From contig CACOAW010000004.1 in the NCBI GenBank assembly GCA_902625325.1, forward strand, positions 50,647 to 114,646: DNA of 64,000 nucleotides, read 5' to 3'. Under the pieces are notes generated by a model, which was not told where the DNA came from, did no database searches, and saw nothing but the letters and a program-made list of their open reading frames with translations. The translations under genes and the position numbers were made by a program. Of the stretch, positions 9,751-19,969 are shown one piece after another (within the stretch, counting starts at the first letter, position 1; each line of letters starts with the position of its first letter). Source of the DNA: an uncultured Candidatus Poseidoniales archaeon (GTDB lineage: Archaea; Thermoplasmatota; Poseidoniia; Poseidoniales; Thalassarchaeaceae).

Positions 9751-10107
9751 CTACTCCTCGCCGTGTTTTGACTCCAGATGCTCCATCTCCATCCTGGCCC
9801 ATTTCGTACTGAGACCCTGCATGCTGGCCTCGTCCCTCTCTCTCTCTAACCTAGATATCATTTCGCCTTCGGCTTCTCTACTGATCATCGAGTCTGTAGG
9901 CCATCTCCCGTGTTCCTTTCCCCTACCCACTGCTAATGAGACAAGTAGAATCGAGGCTAAGACAGAGATTGCACAGACTATCGAGAATACTCCGAACTCT
10001 GAAAAATCAGTGAATCTACCATCTACTACTGCAATAGATGTCACCGCCAATAGACAGAGAATGAATCCCGAAAGGAGCCTGCTCATCCTCGAAGCCGGAG
10101 ACTCCAT
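9751..10107 (-). CDS. Hypothetical 2-TM membrane protein
   Basis: 118 aa, two hydrophobic helices and a charged C-terminus; co-oriented with its neighbours. Confidence 0.65.
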   Translation of the reverse strand: MESPASRMSRLLSGFILCLLAVTSIAVVDGRFTDFSEFGVFSIVCAISVLASILLVSLAVGRGKEHGRWPTDSMISREAEGEMISRLERERDEASMQGLSTKWARMEMEHLESKHGEE

Positions 10108-10153
10108 GACTTTACGAATTCGACACTTCGAATCAACTTGACCTAAGTTAGTA

Positions 10154-10732
10154 TCATAACTCTTGGATTAACTTATGAATCTTGTATGGAAGTAGGGCTC
10201 TGTTTACTGGGGTAACCTCCAGTATACGCGCGTCGTCTCTCCTCCTGATATCCTGCAATAGGGGGTGCCGACTTTTCTTGTGAAGAGTCAGCAGAGTAGG
10301 TAGGTCATGTTGCAATGCCAACCTAACCGAGTTGACAAAACCCTCGCTTTCGACAGTGAACTTCCCAACCTCGTCTATCACTAAAATCTCACAGTTTCCT
10401 ATACTGTCAATTATCGCGGGGACTCCAACCCTATCGATCTCACTTGGGTCTATGCCGAAGCCAAGTATGCGATTCCTAGAGTCTATTTCTCTATGCGCCA
10501 TCACTCCCTTCTCACCGGTAAGTATGTTCACGCAGGCATATCCGACCCTTTCTCCGTTCTCAATTACTGGCTCGCACCTCATGCCCCCAATAATGTGCTC
10601 GGGGGGACTAGGACCCTTGGTCCTCCTGAACCCACTACCTTCTTCGGAAATCATGTCTACAACTTTCTGAAGTACAGCCGACTTTCCCGAGCGTGGGAGA
10701 CCAGTAATGCCAATCTTTGGATTGATTCCCAT
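10154..10732 (-). CDS. Nucleoside-triphosphatase (THEP1/NTPase_1 family)
   Basis: KIGITGLPRSGKS Walker A and LVIDEVGK Walker B. Confidence 0.9.
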   Translation of the reverse strand: MGINPKIGITGLPRSGKSAVLQKVVDMISEEGSGFRRTKGPSPPEHIIGGMRCEPVIENGERVGYACVNILTGEKGVMAHREIDSRNRILGFGIDPSEIDRVGVPAIIDSIGNCEILVIDEVGKFTVESEGFVNSVRLALQHDLPTLLTLHKKSRHPLLQDIRRRDDARILEVTPVNRALLPYKIHKLIQEL

Positions 10733-10875
10733 GCTACTCTCCTAAATGCATTCCAAGTCCGGAACGTCCTCCGTATGCAAACCCTGAATATTAATCCATT
10801 CTCGATATGGGTGATTTTCCGGAACTAGGAAACCGAAATCCTAAATCCGCAAATTATCTCAGTGTCGTTATTTGG

Positions 10876-12846
10876 CTATGCCGGCAATCCAAATTCCCCA
10901 CCCTCTATTTCGAACGGTAGAGTCTCGATTTCATAGTTATTCACATTATTATTTGCCGCCCATGCTTTCGACCACAGATCCAGGTCTTCTGAATTCAGCT
11001 GGCTAGCGAGGACTCTCAAACCCTCTTCAATGGTTCCGAACCTATCCTTTAGCCGCTCTGTAACAACGGGGGGGAGATCGAGGAAGCTTACCGAGTTCCC
11101 GATAACGCAGCCCTCTGGAATAACCGCCCAGACCAATCTCCTCTCAGAGTTAGGATTCACCACCGCCTGACACGCGATTCTAGACTGGACGGCCATATTC
11201 TTGGGTCCTGACCATCCAGAACTATTAGCCTCTAAATCACCTACATTATTGGTATCGAAAGCAGGGTGTCTAATTACCCCTTTACCATTTTCGAAATGGA
11301 TATGAGATCCCCTCACGAATGGAAGAAGACCCTCTCTCCACTCGCATATTTCATCCTCCCAAGAAGACCTCTCAACTTCCCCTACTCTGACTTTAATGAC
11401 TTTAGTACTCGGATTCAAGCCAGTTCCGTCTTCGACCAGACGAGGCTTATCTGCCAGTTTCCCTATTGCTGACAAGGTCCTAGTCCTGTCAATCGGCGAC
11501 CTGGGCATCTTTGGAACGGCCCATGATGCATCTGTCCAAGAGGACCATGGTCCTCTTTCCAACTCAAAGAATGGAGCATCGGACACAAGTCCCTTGCCCG
11601 ACGAGAGGTCATCAATCTGTAGAGGTCCGAAGCTGGTTAGAACATCGGTTTCTTCTCCAACGGTAACTCCGATTACAGATACTCCTTGGGAACCACCGAA
11701 GAGAAGCTTATGGTCTTCTGGAAATGACCAAACTGAATCCCATTGGTTCGACTCAACAAGCAGTTTCCTGAGCGGTAGGCTGCTTTTCTCCCTCAGAACC
11801 GAACTGGGTACTACTAGTCTTGCTCTTCCTCCTTTCTGACACAATTGCATTGATCTCTCGATGTAAAGTCTGTATAAGTTCACATTCCCTTTGATTGCTG
11901 AAAATCTGGTTTTTCCATCCGATTCCTGGAACTCCCTTAGCTGACATGACAGCCTCTTTCTCAGAGCACTCCCATCTGGATGTCCTCGAAACCTATCCTT
12001 GATTCTGAGCCACGGAGGGCGTGAAACGAGAAGCATGGGGCCCTCGTTCCAGGGCCACTCGCCGAGTAAAGGATCAACACAACGCACGTTACTCTCGATG
12101 ATCATCTCTGCCTCACTGAGACCAATCTTTCCTTCGTCCCCCTCTCCATCTAGGTCTACAAGCCCTAGCCTGGCAAGGACAATCACGATTCTCTTCCTAG
12201 CCGAGGTCACCGCCACCTCGGAACTGTCAACCAACTGTAGTCCCTCTAAGAGTCGAAGAGTGTCCTCTCTCCTCTCATTCAGTGTATTTCCTGAAATTCT
12301 TTCAGCGTGTATCCTCAATATTCTCTCGACTAAGAGACCGCCACCCACACAAGGGTCTGCAAACGGAATCGGAATCCCCGAAATTGTTCTGTTATCCATT
12401 TCCGGACTATCGCTTTCGGAGTCCCCGCTATCGTCGATATTTTCGTTAATCTGCTTTGCAAAACCCCTGAAACTAGGTGGAAGGGCAGCCAAAGAGAGCG
12501 TGGCGGGGGGCTCCTTCTTCTTACTGCTCCCATGGCGTAATTCATCGTACAGTATTGCATCCACAAACCGTGCCGGAGGTGCATAAACTCCCCTCGGGGA
12601 CCGCCCATCGCTCTGGGCATCAAACCTAGCGATTAGATGATCCAGAACCGTTCCTGGATTACTGAGTAGACCTGCAGGAAGAGTTGGCCAATTGTTCGGG
12701 AGGGTAGCTGCTATCGGGAGTCCTTTCTTAGTTGCCTCAAGCCAAGAATCGAGCCAAATTCCGATTTGCTGGGTCCTTTCTGGACACTCATGATCCAGTC
12801 TCGCGTACCACCCAGAAGTTTCGCTTGTCATGATTGTACATCCCAT
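10876..12846 (-). CDS. N6-adenine DNA methyltransferase-like protein (Eco57I/TaqI-type) with degenerate catalytic motif
   Basis: DPCVGGG (motif I), SRPPW at the NPPY/W position, NLYRLYIE...VPSSVL and a TRD-like C-terminus. Confidence 0.75.
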   Translation of the reverse strand: MGCTIMTSETSGWYARLDHECPERTQQIGIWLDSWLEATKKGLPIAATLPNNWPTLPAGLLSNPGTVLDHLIARFDAQSDGRSPRGVYAPPARFVDAILYDELRHGSSKKKEPPATLSLAALPPSFRGFAKQINENIDDSGDSESDSPEMDNRTISGIPIPFADPCVGGGLLVERILRIHAERISGNTLNERREDTLRLLEGLQLVDSSEVAVTSARKRIVIVLARLGLVDLDGEGDEGKIGLSEAEMIIESNVRCVDPLLGEWPWNEGPMLLVSRPPWLRIKDRFRGHPDGSALRKRLSCQLREFQESDGKTRFSAIKGNVNLYRLYIERSMQLCQKGGRARLVVPSSVLREKSSLPLRKLLVESNQWDSVWSFPEDHKLLFGGSQGVSVIGVTVGEETDVLTSFGPLQIDDLSSGKGLVSDAPFFELERGPWSSWTDASWAVPKMPRSPIDRTRTLSAIGKLADKPRLVEDGTGLNPSTKVIKVRVGEVERSSWEDEICEWREGLLPFVRGSHIHFENGKGVIRHPAFDTNNVGDLEANSSGWSGPKNMAVQSRIACQAVVNPNSERRLVWAVIPEGCVIGNSVSFLDLPPVVTERLKDRFGTIEEGLRVLASQLNSEDLDLWSKAWAANNNVNNYEIETLPFEIEGGEFGLPA

Positions 12847-12891
12847 TCGCTCTTCGTGTTTGAATGGTTGTATTGATTAAGGGCACGATTG

Positions 12892-13527
12892 TCATGAGCT
12901 GATGACAAAAACGTCTCTTTCTATCTCAATAATATCGTTCTTCTGAAGAAGCCAAGATATCGACTCGTCAATGTCCTCTGCAGTTATTCCAGGAGACTCC
13001 AGTAGCCGCATTATATTATCAAAATGCAAACCCTCTCCCTTCTCATTTGCCTCCTCGATTACAATCAGAATCCTTTGACTAATGTAAGCCAGCAAGAGGT
13101 CATCATCAGTCGAGAGCGATCCGAGGTCAACCAGCGGAATTCCATCGATCTCCTTTCCTTCTGCATTGAGGGCCTCCTCCGAAGAACCGTATACGTCGAA
13201 CAGATTCCGCTGGTTTGGATCGGGCAATGGAGATGTCCCAGAGCTCTCTCTTCTCCTGTTAATCTGTTTGGAAAGATTCTCTATTCTATGAAGTCTCTGT
13301 TCGTACCTGAGTTTCTCCCTGCCGAGATGCGACTCCAGTAGTTCCAACTCTTCAATGGCCCTTTCGTCTAGCCACTTAGATAAGTCCCAGTTTGGATTTT
13401 TGCGTAGCATTGACTCCCAGAGAAGGGATACGGATTCCGGTAGTGTTCTGATGTCGATTTTCGGTCCGCTCTTATCCTCTTCTGAGTTGGTTCCCATGGG
13501 CCTGTTGTCAACTTGACCGTCTATCAA
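12892..13527 (-). CDS. Hypothetical protein: coiled coil plus probable C-terminal winged helix
   Basis: Heptad-like ELELLESHL...LSKQINRR; the C-terminus EDIDESISWLLQKNDIIEIERDVF looks wHTH-like. Confidence 0.65.
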   Translation of the reverse strand: MIDGQVDNRPMGTNSEEDKSGPKIDIRTLPESVSLLWESMLRKNPNWDLSKWLDERAIEELELLESHLGREKLRYEQRLHRIENLSKQINRRRESSGTSPLPDPNQRNLFDVYGSSEEALNAEGKEIDGIPLVDLGSLSTDDDLLLAYISQRILIVIEEANEKGEGLHFDNIMRLLESPGITAEDIDESISWLLQKNDIIEIERDVFVISS

Positions 13528-13565
13528 TTATCTGCTCGGCGAGGAAACCTGTCGGCAGGGTTGGA

Positions 13566-14783
13566 TTGATGAATGAAAGGGTTGTGCCCCGGTCAATGGC
13601 GCCGTACAGATTGGCACTTTTACCTGGGGATGGGACTGGCCGAGAGGTTATGAAAGAAGTTAAGCGGATACTCTCAACCTTCCATGATTCAGGAGCAATT
13701 TCATTGGAAACCACCGAGATTCCTTGTGGTGGCCAGCACTATCTGGATACTGGTGAGGAGTGGCCGGCTGGCTCTTTCGAATACTGCAGGGACGAATCTG
13801 ATGCCATTGTGGTCGGTGCAGTTGGCTGGCCAGGAGCCAATCTCCCAAATGGTGATATCGCTGGAGGGCAGGCACTTCTGGGACTGAGGTCAGCATTAGA
13901 TTTGTATGCTAACGTTAGACCGGTCAAACTCCACAAGGGCGTCAAGCACAAGGTGCATGGAAGCTTCATCGATGTTTGGGACAACGAACTCGTAGACATC
14001 GTAATGGTGAGAGAAAATACCGAGGGCCTGTACCATGCCCTGCTAAGGAGGTCTGGAATGGCAGCCAGAGGAGAGGATAGGGATGAGCCACTTGTTATCG
14101 ACGGATTCCCGGGTCTGGAAGGAGAAGTGGGATGGGACGTTAGGCCGATATCACGGAAGGGTAGCGAGAGAGTTATCCGTTTCTCATTTGAACTAGCCAA
14201 GAGACGTGAATCCAGACTTGGTAGCATTCAGAAGGTAACATGTGTCGACAAGAGCAACGTCACTAAGGGATGCAGACTATTCAGGGATGTTTTCAGGGAG
14301 GTCTCATCTGAATACCAAGGCATCGTAACCAACGAGGCGTTCATTGATGCATTCACTATGTGGCTAGTCAGAAGCCCAGAGGATCTCGATGTGGTCGTTC
14401 TCCCGAACATGTTTGGAGATATAGCCACAGATCTAGCCTCAGTATTGCAGGGGGGGATGGGTATGGCTGCTAGCGCCAACATAGGAGATGAACACATGTT
14501 ATTCGAGCCAGTTCACGGGTCCAGCCCGAAATACGCAGGGCAGAACAAAGTGAATCCCATTGCAGCAATATCTTCTGTCCAATTGATGTTCGACTCACTT
14601 GGTTTGAGGAATGACGATCAAGAAGCGATGTTGTGCGGGGACGTTATTGAGAGAGCCATTTCAGAACACATGTCCTCGGGAGGCTCCGTCACTTACGACT
14701 TGGGAGGCAAGGCCTCAACCACGGAGGTCGGTGAGGCCATAGCGTCCAGATGTGCAGCGATTCTCACAGAGTTGGGTAGCTGA
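13566..14783 (+). CDS. Isocitrate/isopropylmalate dehydrogenase family protein
   Basis: LPGDGTGREV, LYANVRP, RENTEGLY, NMFGDI..D, FEPVHGSSP and TYDLGG. Confidence 0.92.
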   Translation: MMNERVVPRSMAPYRLALLPGDGTGREVMKEVKRILSTFHDSGAISLETTEIPCGGQHYLDTGEEWPAGSFEYCRDESDAIVVGAVGWPGANLPNGDIAGGQALLGLRSALDLYANVRPVKLHKGVKHKVHGSFIDVWDNELVDIVMVRENTEGLYHALLRRSGMAARGEDRDEPLVIDGFPGLEGEVGWDVRPISRKGSERVIRFSFELAKRRESRLGSIQKVTCVDKSNVTKGCRLFRDVFREVSSEYQGIVTNEAFIDAFTMWLVRSPEDLDVVVLPNMFGDIATDLASVLQGGMGMAASANIGDEHMLFEPVHGSSPKYAGQNKVNPIAAISSVQLMFDSLGLRNDDQEAMLCGDVIERAISEHMSSGGSVTYDLGGKASTTEVGEAIASRCAAILTELGS

Positions 14784-14797
14784 ACAGGACATGAGGC

Positions 14798-15586
14798 CTA
14801 TTCTGAGAAATGATTGTTGATTTCCTTCAGGGACCTGTTCAAAGATTTTCGATTGTCCCATTCTGTCTGTTTGTAATCGGAGTCATCGATTAGACAGGAC
14901 AGAATACCCTCGAACGCTCTGGAAACCTCGTCTACTATCGTTACCGAAGCCATCTTAGCACTTCTTGAAAGAGGGTTCAGATCGACCACTAGGACTTCCT
15001 TGCCAAGACTAATCAGTGCCTCGCACCTGTCTCCGTCCTCAAGAGGGACAAGGATGGTATCAGCTCCGCCTATTCCTTCTACAGTGCAGTTTGAGCGTGG
15101 GCCCTCCAAACCTTCTATCTTGAAATTAGGAGATTCCCCTAGGAGCGATACTCCCTCGACTGTTTCCTTCCAGTCCCCATAGAACCCGTCAGGTGCATCC
15201 TCTTGGGACACTTCAAACCTGCATTCTTCCAAAAGCGTGATCAGCCCCATGACTCTGCTCGGGGTTCTATAATAGAGGTTCACCTCAATAGGACAACTAA
15301 GGACTGCAGCCAACCTAATCGCTCCGTCGCCTGCTAGGACCGTCGTGTTTCCGTTAACTGAGATGACCGGTCTTCGGGCATTCCTGAGGCGGGCCGCACT
15401 CTCACGAATGGCCTCTCTGGCTGAATCCGTGGTCCTCTCTCCGAGCAGATAGTCGAAAGCCTCTCCTCTGCCATGAGCAATCATTGCCGAGTCCGCAAGC
15501 AGACCCTTGGAGCTGCCATCCACTATCTTCTGCCTCGACTCTAGGGATTTCTTCCTGGGGTGGCTATCGGGAATCCTGGTCATCAA
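14798..15586 (-). CDS. Archaeal phosphopantothenate synthetase
   Basis: IPDSHPR, IAHGRGEAFDYLLGE, VISVNGN, VPLEDGDR and DLNPLSR. Confidence 0.93.
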   Translation of the reverse strand: MMTRIPDSHPRKKSLESRQKIVDGSSKGLLADSAMIAHGRGEAFDYLLGERTTDSAREAIRESAARLRNARRPVISVNGNTTVLAGDGAIRLAAVLSCPIEVNLYYRTPSRVMGLITLLEECRFEVSQEDAPDGFYGDWKETVEGVSLLGESPNFKIEGLEGPRSNCTVEGIGGADTILVPLEDGDRCEALISLGKEVLVVDLNPLSRSAKMASVTIVDEVSRAFEGILSCLIDDSDYKQTEWDNRKSLNRSLKEINNHFSE

Positions 15587-16524
15587 CTCCCTCCAACTAG
15601 CATTGAGAGATCAAGTGAGGGGACTCCCATGTTAACTGAGCTTGAAGAAATCACATCTACCATGGAACTCTCAATCCAGGTATGCAAACCATCCAACGTT
15701 ACTCCTCCTGATCCCTCGAGAATGCACCATTCCCTTAACCCAGACTCTCTTAGTAGAATTTCTGCAGACCTACACTCACCTGGTCCCATATTGTCTAGCA
15801 GTATCACTATCCTTTCCTCCCTTCCTCTGATTTTCTGATTCTCTGACCAGGACTCGGCTGCTGAAATCGCCTGCGAAGAGTCCTGAACCTCGATTACGAC
15901 AAATCCGGCACCTTTCTCAAAATCAATGGAAGAAATTGCGGATGAAATTGCTGATTCAACATCACCTTTAGAGCCGATTACACTCAAGTCATTCTCCTTG
16001 ATCATCAATGCATCCGTCCTACTGAGCCGATGCGTTAGTCCCCCTCCTACGTGTACGGCCCATTTGTCCATCAGCCCCCATGCAGTTTTTCTGGTGCATG
16101 CGATGGAAACACCCTCTGACTTGCTTACCCATTCGGAGGTTCTCGTGGCAATGCCTGATAGCCTACCAAGAATGTTCAGCACAACCCTCTCGCAACTCAA
16201 GACACTATCCGATGGCCCGGAGATTGACAAAATCTGGCTACCTACTGTGATATCTCCTCCTTCTTCGACATTCCAAGTTAAATTACAGGAGGGAAACCAC
16301 TCAGCGAAAAGCAAGTCCACTGGAACCCTGCCACAGAACACTCCTGCACCTTTCGATACCACTACTGCCTCAACAATATCCCCCGTGTTTCGATCCATTG
16401 CAGAGTCATCTGACAGGTGAGCAGTCAACCATCTCCTTATCGAATCCTGAAACAGCTTTGTCGGATGAGGAACTTCCTTTGCATAGCATAGCAAGTGGGA
16501 TCGGTCATGCGGCAGTCCTTCCAC
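15583..16524 (-). CDS. nadC: Quinolinate phosphoribosyltransferase
   Basis: ER..LN...RLSGIAT, TRKT, GGG..HR, IKEN, LLDN and EGSGG. Confidence 0.9.
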   Translation of the reverse strand: MEGLPHDRSHLLCYAKEVPHPTKLFQDSIRRWLTAHLSDDSAMDRNTGDIVEAVVVSKGAGVFCGRVPVDLLFAEWFPSCNLTWNVEEGGDITVGSQILSISGPSDSVLSCERVVLNILGRLSGIATRTSEWVSKSEGVSIACTRKTAWGLMDKWAVHVGGGLTHRLSRTDALMIKENDLSVIGSKGDVESAISSAISSIDFEKGAGFVVIEVQDSSQAISAAESWSENQKIRGREERIVILLDNMGPGECRSAEILLRESGLREWCILEGSGGVTLDGLHTWIESSMVDVISSSSVNMGVPSLDLSMLVGGS

Positions 16525-16574
16525 GCATCATGCACTGTAAGCCCCCCCTTGAATAGTACTAATACTCGATAGGG

Positions 16575-16817
16575 TCAATCTAGTGAGTCAAGCCCGGACT
16601 CAGCTGCTGACAAGCAGGCAAGAATGTCATCTACCGATGATCTCGATTGACCTAGCCCGTCCGTGGTAACCCCTACTCTCAACTCTACATAGTCACTGAA
16701 ATCCAATAACTCAACCGTGAAATCATCCGGATCGTCGGGGCTTATCGCTGCCAGTAGCGCCTCACCTCTTTCCTTCGAACCAGTCCAAAGTATGGATACA
16801 GCAACCCTCCCCATCAT
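16575..16817 (-). CDS. KEOPS complex Pcc1-like subunit
   Basis: 80 aa with AISPDD and RSSVDDILACL pattern; archaeal gene context. Confidence 0.7.
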   Translation of the reverse strand: MMGRVAVSILWTGSKERGEALLAAISPDDPDDFTVELLDFSDYVELRVGVTTDGLGQSRSSVDDILACLSAAESGLDSLD

Positions 16818-17941
16818 ACTCCCCAGAAACGACTTCCTTGGACTAAGTCATCGTCCTCGGAGAATGATTGGACTATTGTTCTCAGGAGGTAGTACATTAC
16901 CATGGACATGATTGGTAGCCCCCAATCGTCCCCTAGTTGATTGAACGTGGGACTATATTCCTGCCCTGATGAAATCACGAGTGCCACGTCGATTGTTGCC
17001 GCTACGAAGGTGTAGAAAACTACCCCAAGACCGATTAGTAGAACGCTCCTTCCTGTGAAGGAACCCTCCTTCCACCTCAGAACTCCCAGAGCAAGTAAGA
17101 ACGAGAATACGGAACCCACAATCCATTGTAGAACCTCATCAACAAGCCCTAACAAGTGCTCGAACTGAGAATTCCCATCTGGAACTGGATCGTCCCATCC
17201 CGCCCAAACAGTAGCAATTGCTAGGAACAAGCTCACAATTGACATCCCCCAAAATAACGACGAGAAAAGCCCCCCAGTAGCGCTGTCTCTCATCTCCATT
17301 GCTACCCTCTCCATTTGTGCTTCAAGACCCAGCCCTTTACCCAAGACCCACAATCCTATCAGGAGTGGTAGAGAGCCGATGAGAGCTATTCCGTTTGGTA
17401 GGATTAGGCCTAGACCAATTATGATCAGGAAAACTGCGAGTGGAACCAGAAGTCTAGACCTAAATCTGGGGTCCTCTATGGCCTTCACGATGTAGTAGTA
17501 GGTGCCCTCGATTCCTTTCGACTGCCTGACTATAACCTTCTCCACGGTGTCTACTCTTACCCTCGAGGTAACAATGGGCAGAGAAGCTTCGTCATCAGCG
17601 CCATCCGTGACAAGGAGCGCTGCATCTGGTTGGAAATCCTGTATCACCTCGTCCAACTGGCTAGCTATCGCCCTATCGCTCCTAGGGCCTACCCTAACAT
17701 CACCTGTAAGAATAGCGATCTGAACCTCATCGCTAGCCCCGGCTCCTTCTGCCAGCCTATCATGATGGTGCAGTGCACCAAGAATCGCGTTAGTATCGGA
17801 CTCCTCTGGGTCCGCGATACCCAATCTGAGAGCCGCTGTCAGGCAGGATTTCCTGCCAACGACTGGCCCCCTAATTCCCGATTTTACTCCCAAATCATTG
17901 TCTCTGTCAATTGTGAGAACCAGTGTTCGTACTATGCCCAC
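16814..17941 (-). CDS. DUF373 family archaeal membrane protein
   Basis: LVL.IDRDNDLG.K, ADPEESDTN, VTDGADDE, VRQSK.IE.TYY and C-terminal TM helices. Confidence 0.9.
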   Translation of the reverse strand: MGIVRTLVLTIDRDNDLGVKSGIRGPVVGRKSCLTAALRLGIADPEESDTNAILGALHHHDRLAEGAGASDEVQIAILTGDVRVGPRSDRAIASQLDEVIQDFQPDAALLVTDGADDEASLPIVTSRVRVDTVEKVIVRQSKGIEGTYYYIVKAIEDPRFRSRLLVPLAVFLIIIGLGLILPNGIALIGSLPLLIGLWVLGKGLGLEAQMERVAMEMRDSATGGLFSSLFWGMSIVSLFLAIATVWAGWDDPVPDGNSQFEHLLGLVDEVLQWIVGSVFSFLLALGVLRWKEGSFTGRSVLLIGLGVVFYTFVAATIDVALVISSGQEYSPTFNQLGDDWGLPIMSMVMYYLLRTIVQSFSEDDDLVQGSRFWGV

Positions 17942-17973
17942 GCCCCCCTTGGAGAGAGTTGGTAAGCACCTAC

Positions 17974-19137
17974 TTATGAGGAATTGGCCGAATCGTTACC
18001 CGAGTCACCAGCATCTCCGCCAGATTCAGCTTTGCTTGACCCATACCTCCTCCTCTGTTTCGCTCTGATATACTTCAGTGGATGGGTCAACCATTCTTGG
18101 TCACATAGGGGATCCTCCCCGATTTGCACAGGGCACCTTGCATTCGTTTTGAGAGAAGAGCATCCTGAGGGGGTATACTCTCTTTCGTAAATCTGACCCA
18201 CTTGGTATGATGTAGTGTCGGGATCATAGTCTGGAGCGTTAGAAAAAAAGTTGCAGGTCTGCTCCTGCTGGAGGCCTATCGATTTGGAGAAAGCGGCAAG
18301 GAAGAACCTTCCAACATGATTTACATTCACCCCCTGGTTTAACTCAGAGACAGCCGATTCAAAGCACGGAGGCCAGTCATCCCTTATTGCTGCCGTCATG
18401 GGCATCTCCTCCTTGACTCTCTCAGAAAGCAGTCCAGTAATCCTCTCCACAGGGTCTGCGAACTTAGCTGCAAACTCATCGTCCATTCTGGAAATCCTTT
18501 CTTCACAACTAACCTTTAGACTCTCTCTGACTCTCTCCTTAATCAAACGGGAAGCCCTCTCTCTGCCCGTCTCTCCAGCCCCAGAATCAATACAAACCCA
18601 ACCATCTCTCAAAGGTCTATTGACCAACCTCCAGTATTTTCCGGAAATTTTTGGGCTGAGCTCGATGAAGTCTACCATTGGAATCCAGTAGACCTCAGCC
18701 CCCTCAGAGTTAGTTTCCACGATAATATCGGAGAGAAAAGAAGAGGAAAGCAAATTGAAGTTCTTTGAGTCCATTCCCAGTAACTTATCCGCCCTGCTAG
18801 ACTCACCCTCAATCCATCTGGAAAGCAACCTCTCATCGAATGATGCACAGACAACTAGCATTGCATGAAGGAAGGACAGTACCTCCGTCATCCTCCCAAC
18901 GTCTGTTGAAAGGTCAATTGTGGAAGAGGAACCTGCATCCTCCTGTTGTAGCACTGAATCCACCAGCCTTAACCTTCCCCTAACTCTCACATCCTCCAGC
19001 CAAGGGGCTTCAATTAGATCCTCAACAGTTATTCCGTTATCTTCTAAAATCTCACGAATGAATGTTCTTCCCTGTGGAAGAAAGGGATACCGAGCGAGTA
19101 AACCCTCATCATCGATTTTAGGAGCCCTGATTGGCAT
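17974..19137 (-). CDS. priL: DNA primase large subunit
   Basis: RYPFL, WPPC, H.GRF.L..F, APDYD...T.YQV and Fe-S cysteines (YTPSGC...C...C...HPL.Y). Confidence 0.93.
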   Translation of the reverse strand: MPIRAPKIDDEGLLARYPFLPQGRTFIREILEDNGITVEDLIEAPWLEDVRVRGRLRLVDSVLQQEDAGSSSTIDLSTDVGRMTEVLSFLHAMLVVCASFDERLLSRWIEGESSRADKLLGMDSKNFNLLSSSFLSDIIVETNSEGAEVYWIPMVDFIELSPKISGKYWRLVNRPLRDGWVCIDSGAGETGRERASRLIKERVRESLKVSCEERISRMDDEFAAKFADPVERITGLLSERVKEEMPMTAAIRDDWPPCFESAVSELNQGVNVNHVGRFFLAAFSKSIGLQQEQTCNFFSNAPDYDPDTTSYQVGQIYEREYTPSGCSSLKTNARCPVQIGEDPLCDQEWLTHPLKYIRAKQRRRYGSSKAESGGDAGDSGNDSANSS

Positions 19138-19201
19138 CGGCACGTACCTAAGAGTCCCGCGAGGGTTCTTCAATACTTACCGAGCCCTTCCAGTGGAGAG
19201 C

Positions 19202-19969
19202 ATGACGAAACAAGAAACTCCATCTGACTTGACGCCTTCTTCCCCAACGCTGATTGGTATTCAGGATGAAGTCAGAGAATACTTCGGTTGGACCGAGGAG
19301 GACGACAAAGATAGCGCAGTTTCAATGCTTCGAAAGGTCGAAGACTCAACCGTGGGGATCTGGGCCAGGCACAATAGAGATGCAACTCTATCGAAGATAT
19401 TTCGAAGAATCGTGATTAGGGAAGCGCGGGTAGCAATCCTCGGAGCAGCAGTAGAGCCAGATGAGATAGCCTCTATTCTGGACGGTCCAACGCTCATTGT
19501 AGCTGCAGATGGAGCGGTTGGAGCTATTTCAGAGATGCCCGCCTCACTTTCTGAGAAGGCATGGTCCCGCGTTGTGTGCATGGTTAGCGATGCCGACGGT
19601 GGAGAAGGGACCTATCAAGCAGTTAGGAGATCGATACCGTTCGTATTACACGCCCATGGAGACAATAGAGAAGACTGGGACGCCCTACTAGAATTGGCTG
19701 AGGAACAGACAAACCCTCCTGAGCTCGTCCTAACTCACCAAACGCAGAATCCAATCGGGGGGATGTACAATCCTGGTGGGTTTACTGATGGTGACCGCGC
19801 AGCATGCTTCTTGACCGCACTAGGGACGCGAAAAGAAAACATCAAGCTGCTAGGCACCAGATCGGATATTGTTGGCCGATGGTCAGGAGACACCGAGGAG
19901 TCCTCCAAGCTCCAGAAACTACAGTGGATGAAATCAATTCTCCAGATCCAAGGACTTTGGGACAGCTAG
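19202..19969 (+). CDS. mptE: 6-hydroxymethyl-7,8-dihydropterin pyrophosphokinase (MptE/DUF115-like)
   Basis: AADGA, VSDADG, HAHGDN, THQ and [11 protein letters not shown]; ATG start at 19202 (the upstream ORF extension overlaps priL). Confidence 0.82.
   Translation: MTKQETPSDLTPSSPTLIGIQDEVREYFGWTEEDDKDSAVSMLRKVEDSTVGIWARHNRDATLSKIFRRIVIREARVAILGAAVEPDEIASILDGPTLIVAADGAVGAISEMPASLSEKAWSRVVCMVSDADGGEGTYQAVRRSIPFVLHAHGDNREDWDALLELAEEQTNPPELVLTHQTQNPIGGMYNPGGFTDGDRAACFLTALGTRKENIKLLGTRSDIVGRWSGDTEESSKLQKLQWMKSILQIQGLWDS

Noticed and set aside
18920-19201. N-terminal extension of the 349-aa mptE ORF (and similarly polC 40190-40381)
   Set aside because: These extensions overlap opposite-strand genes or promoter space; family similarity begins at the downstream ATG.
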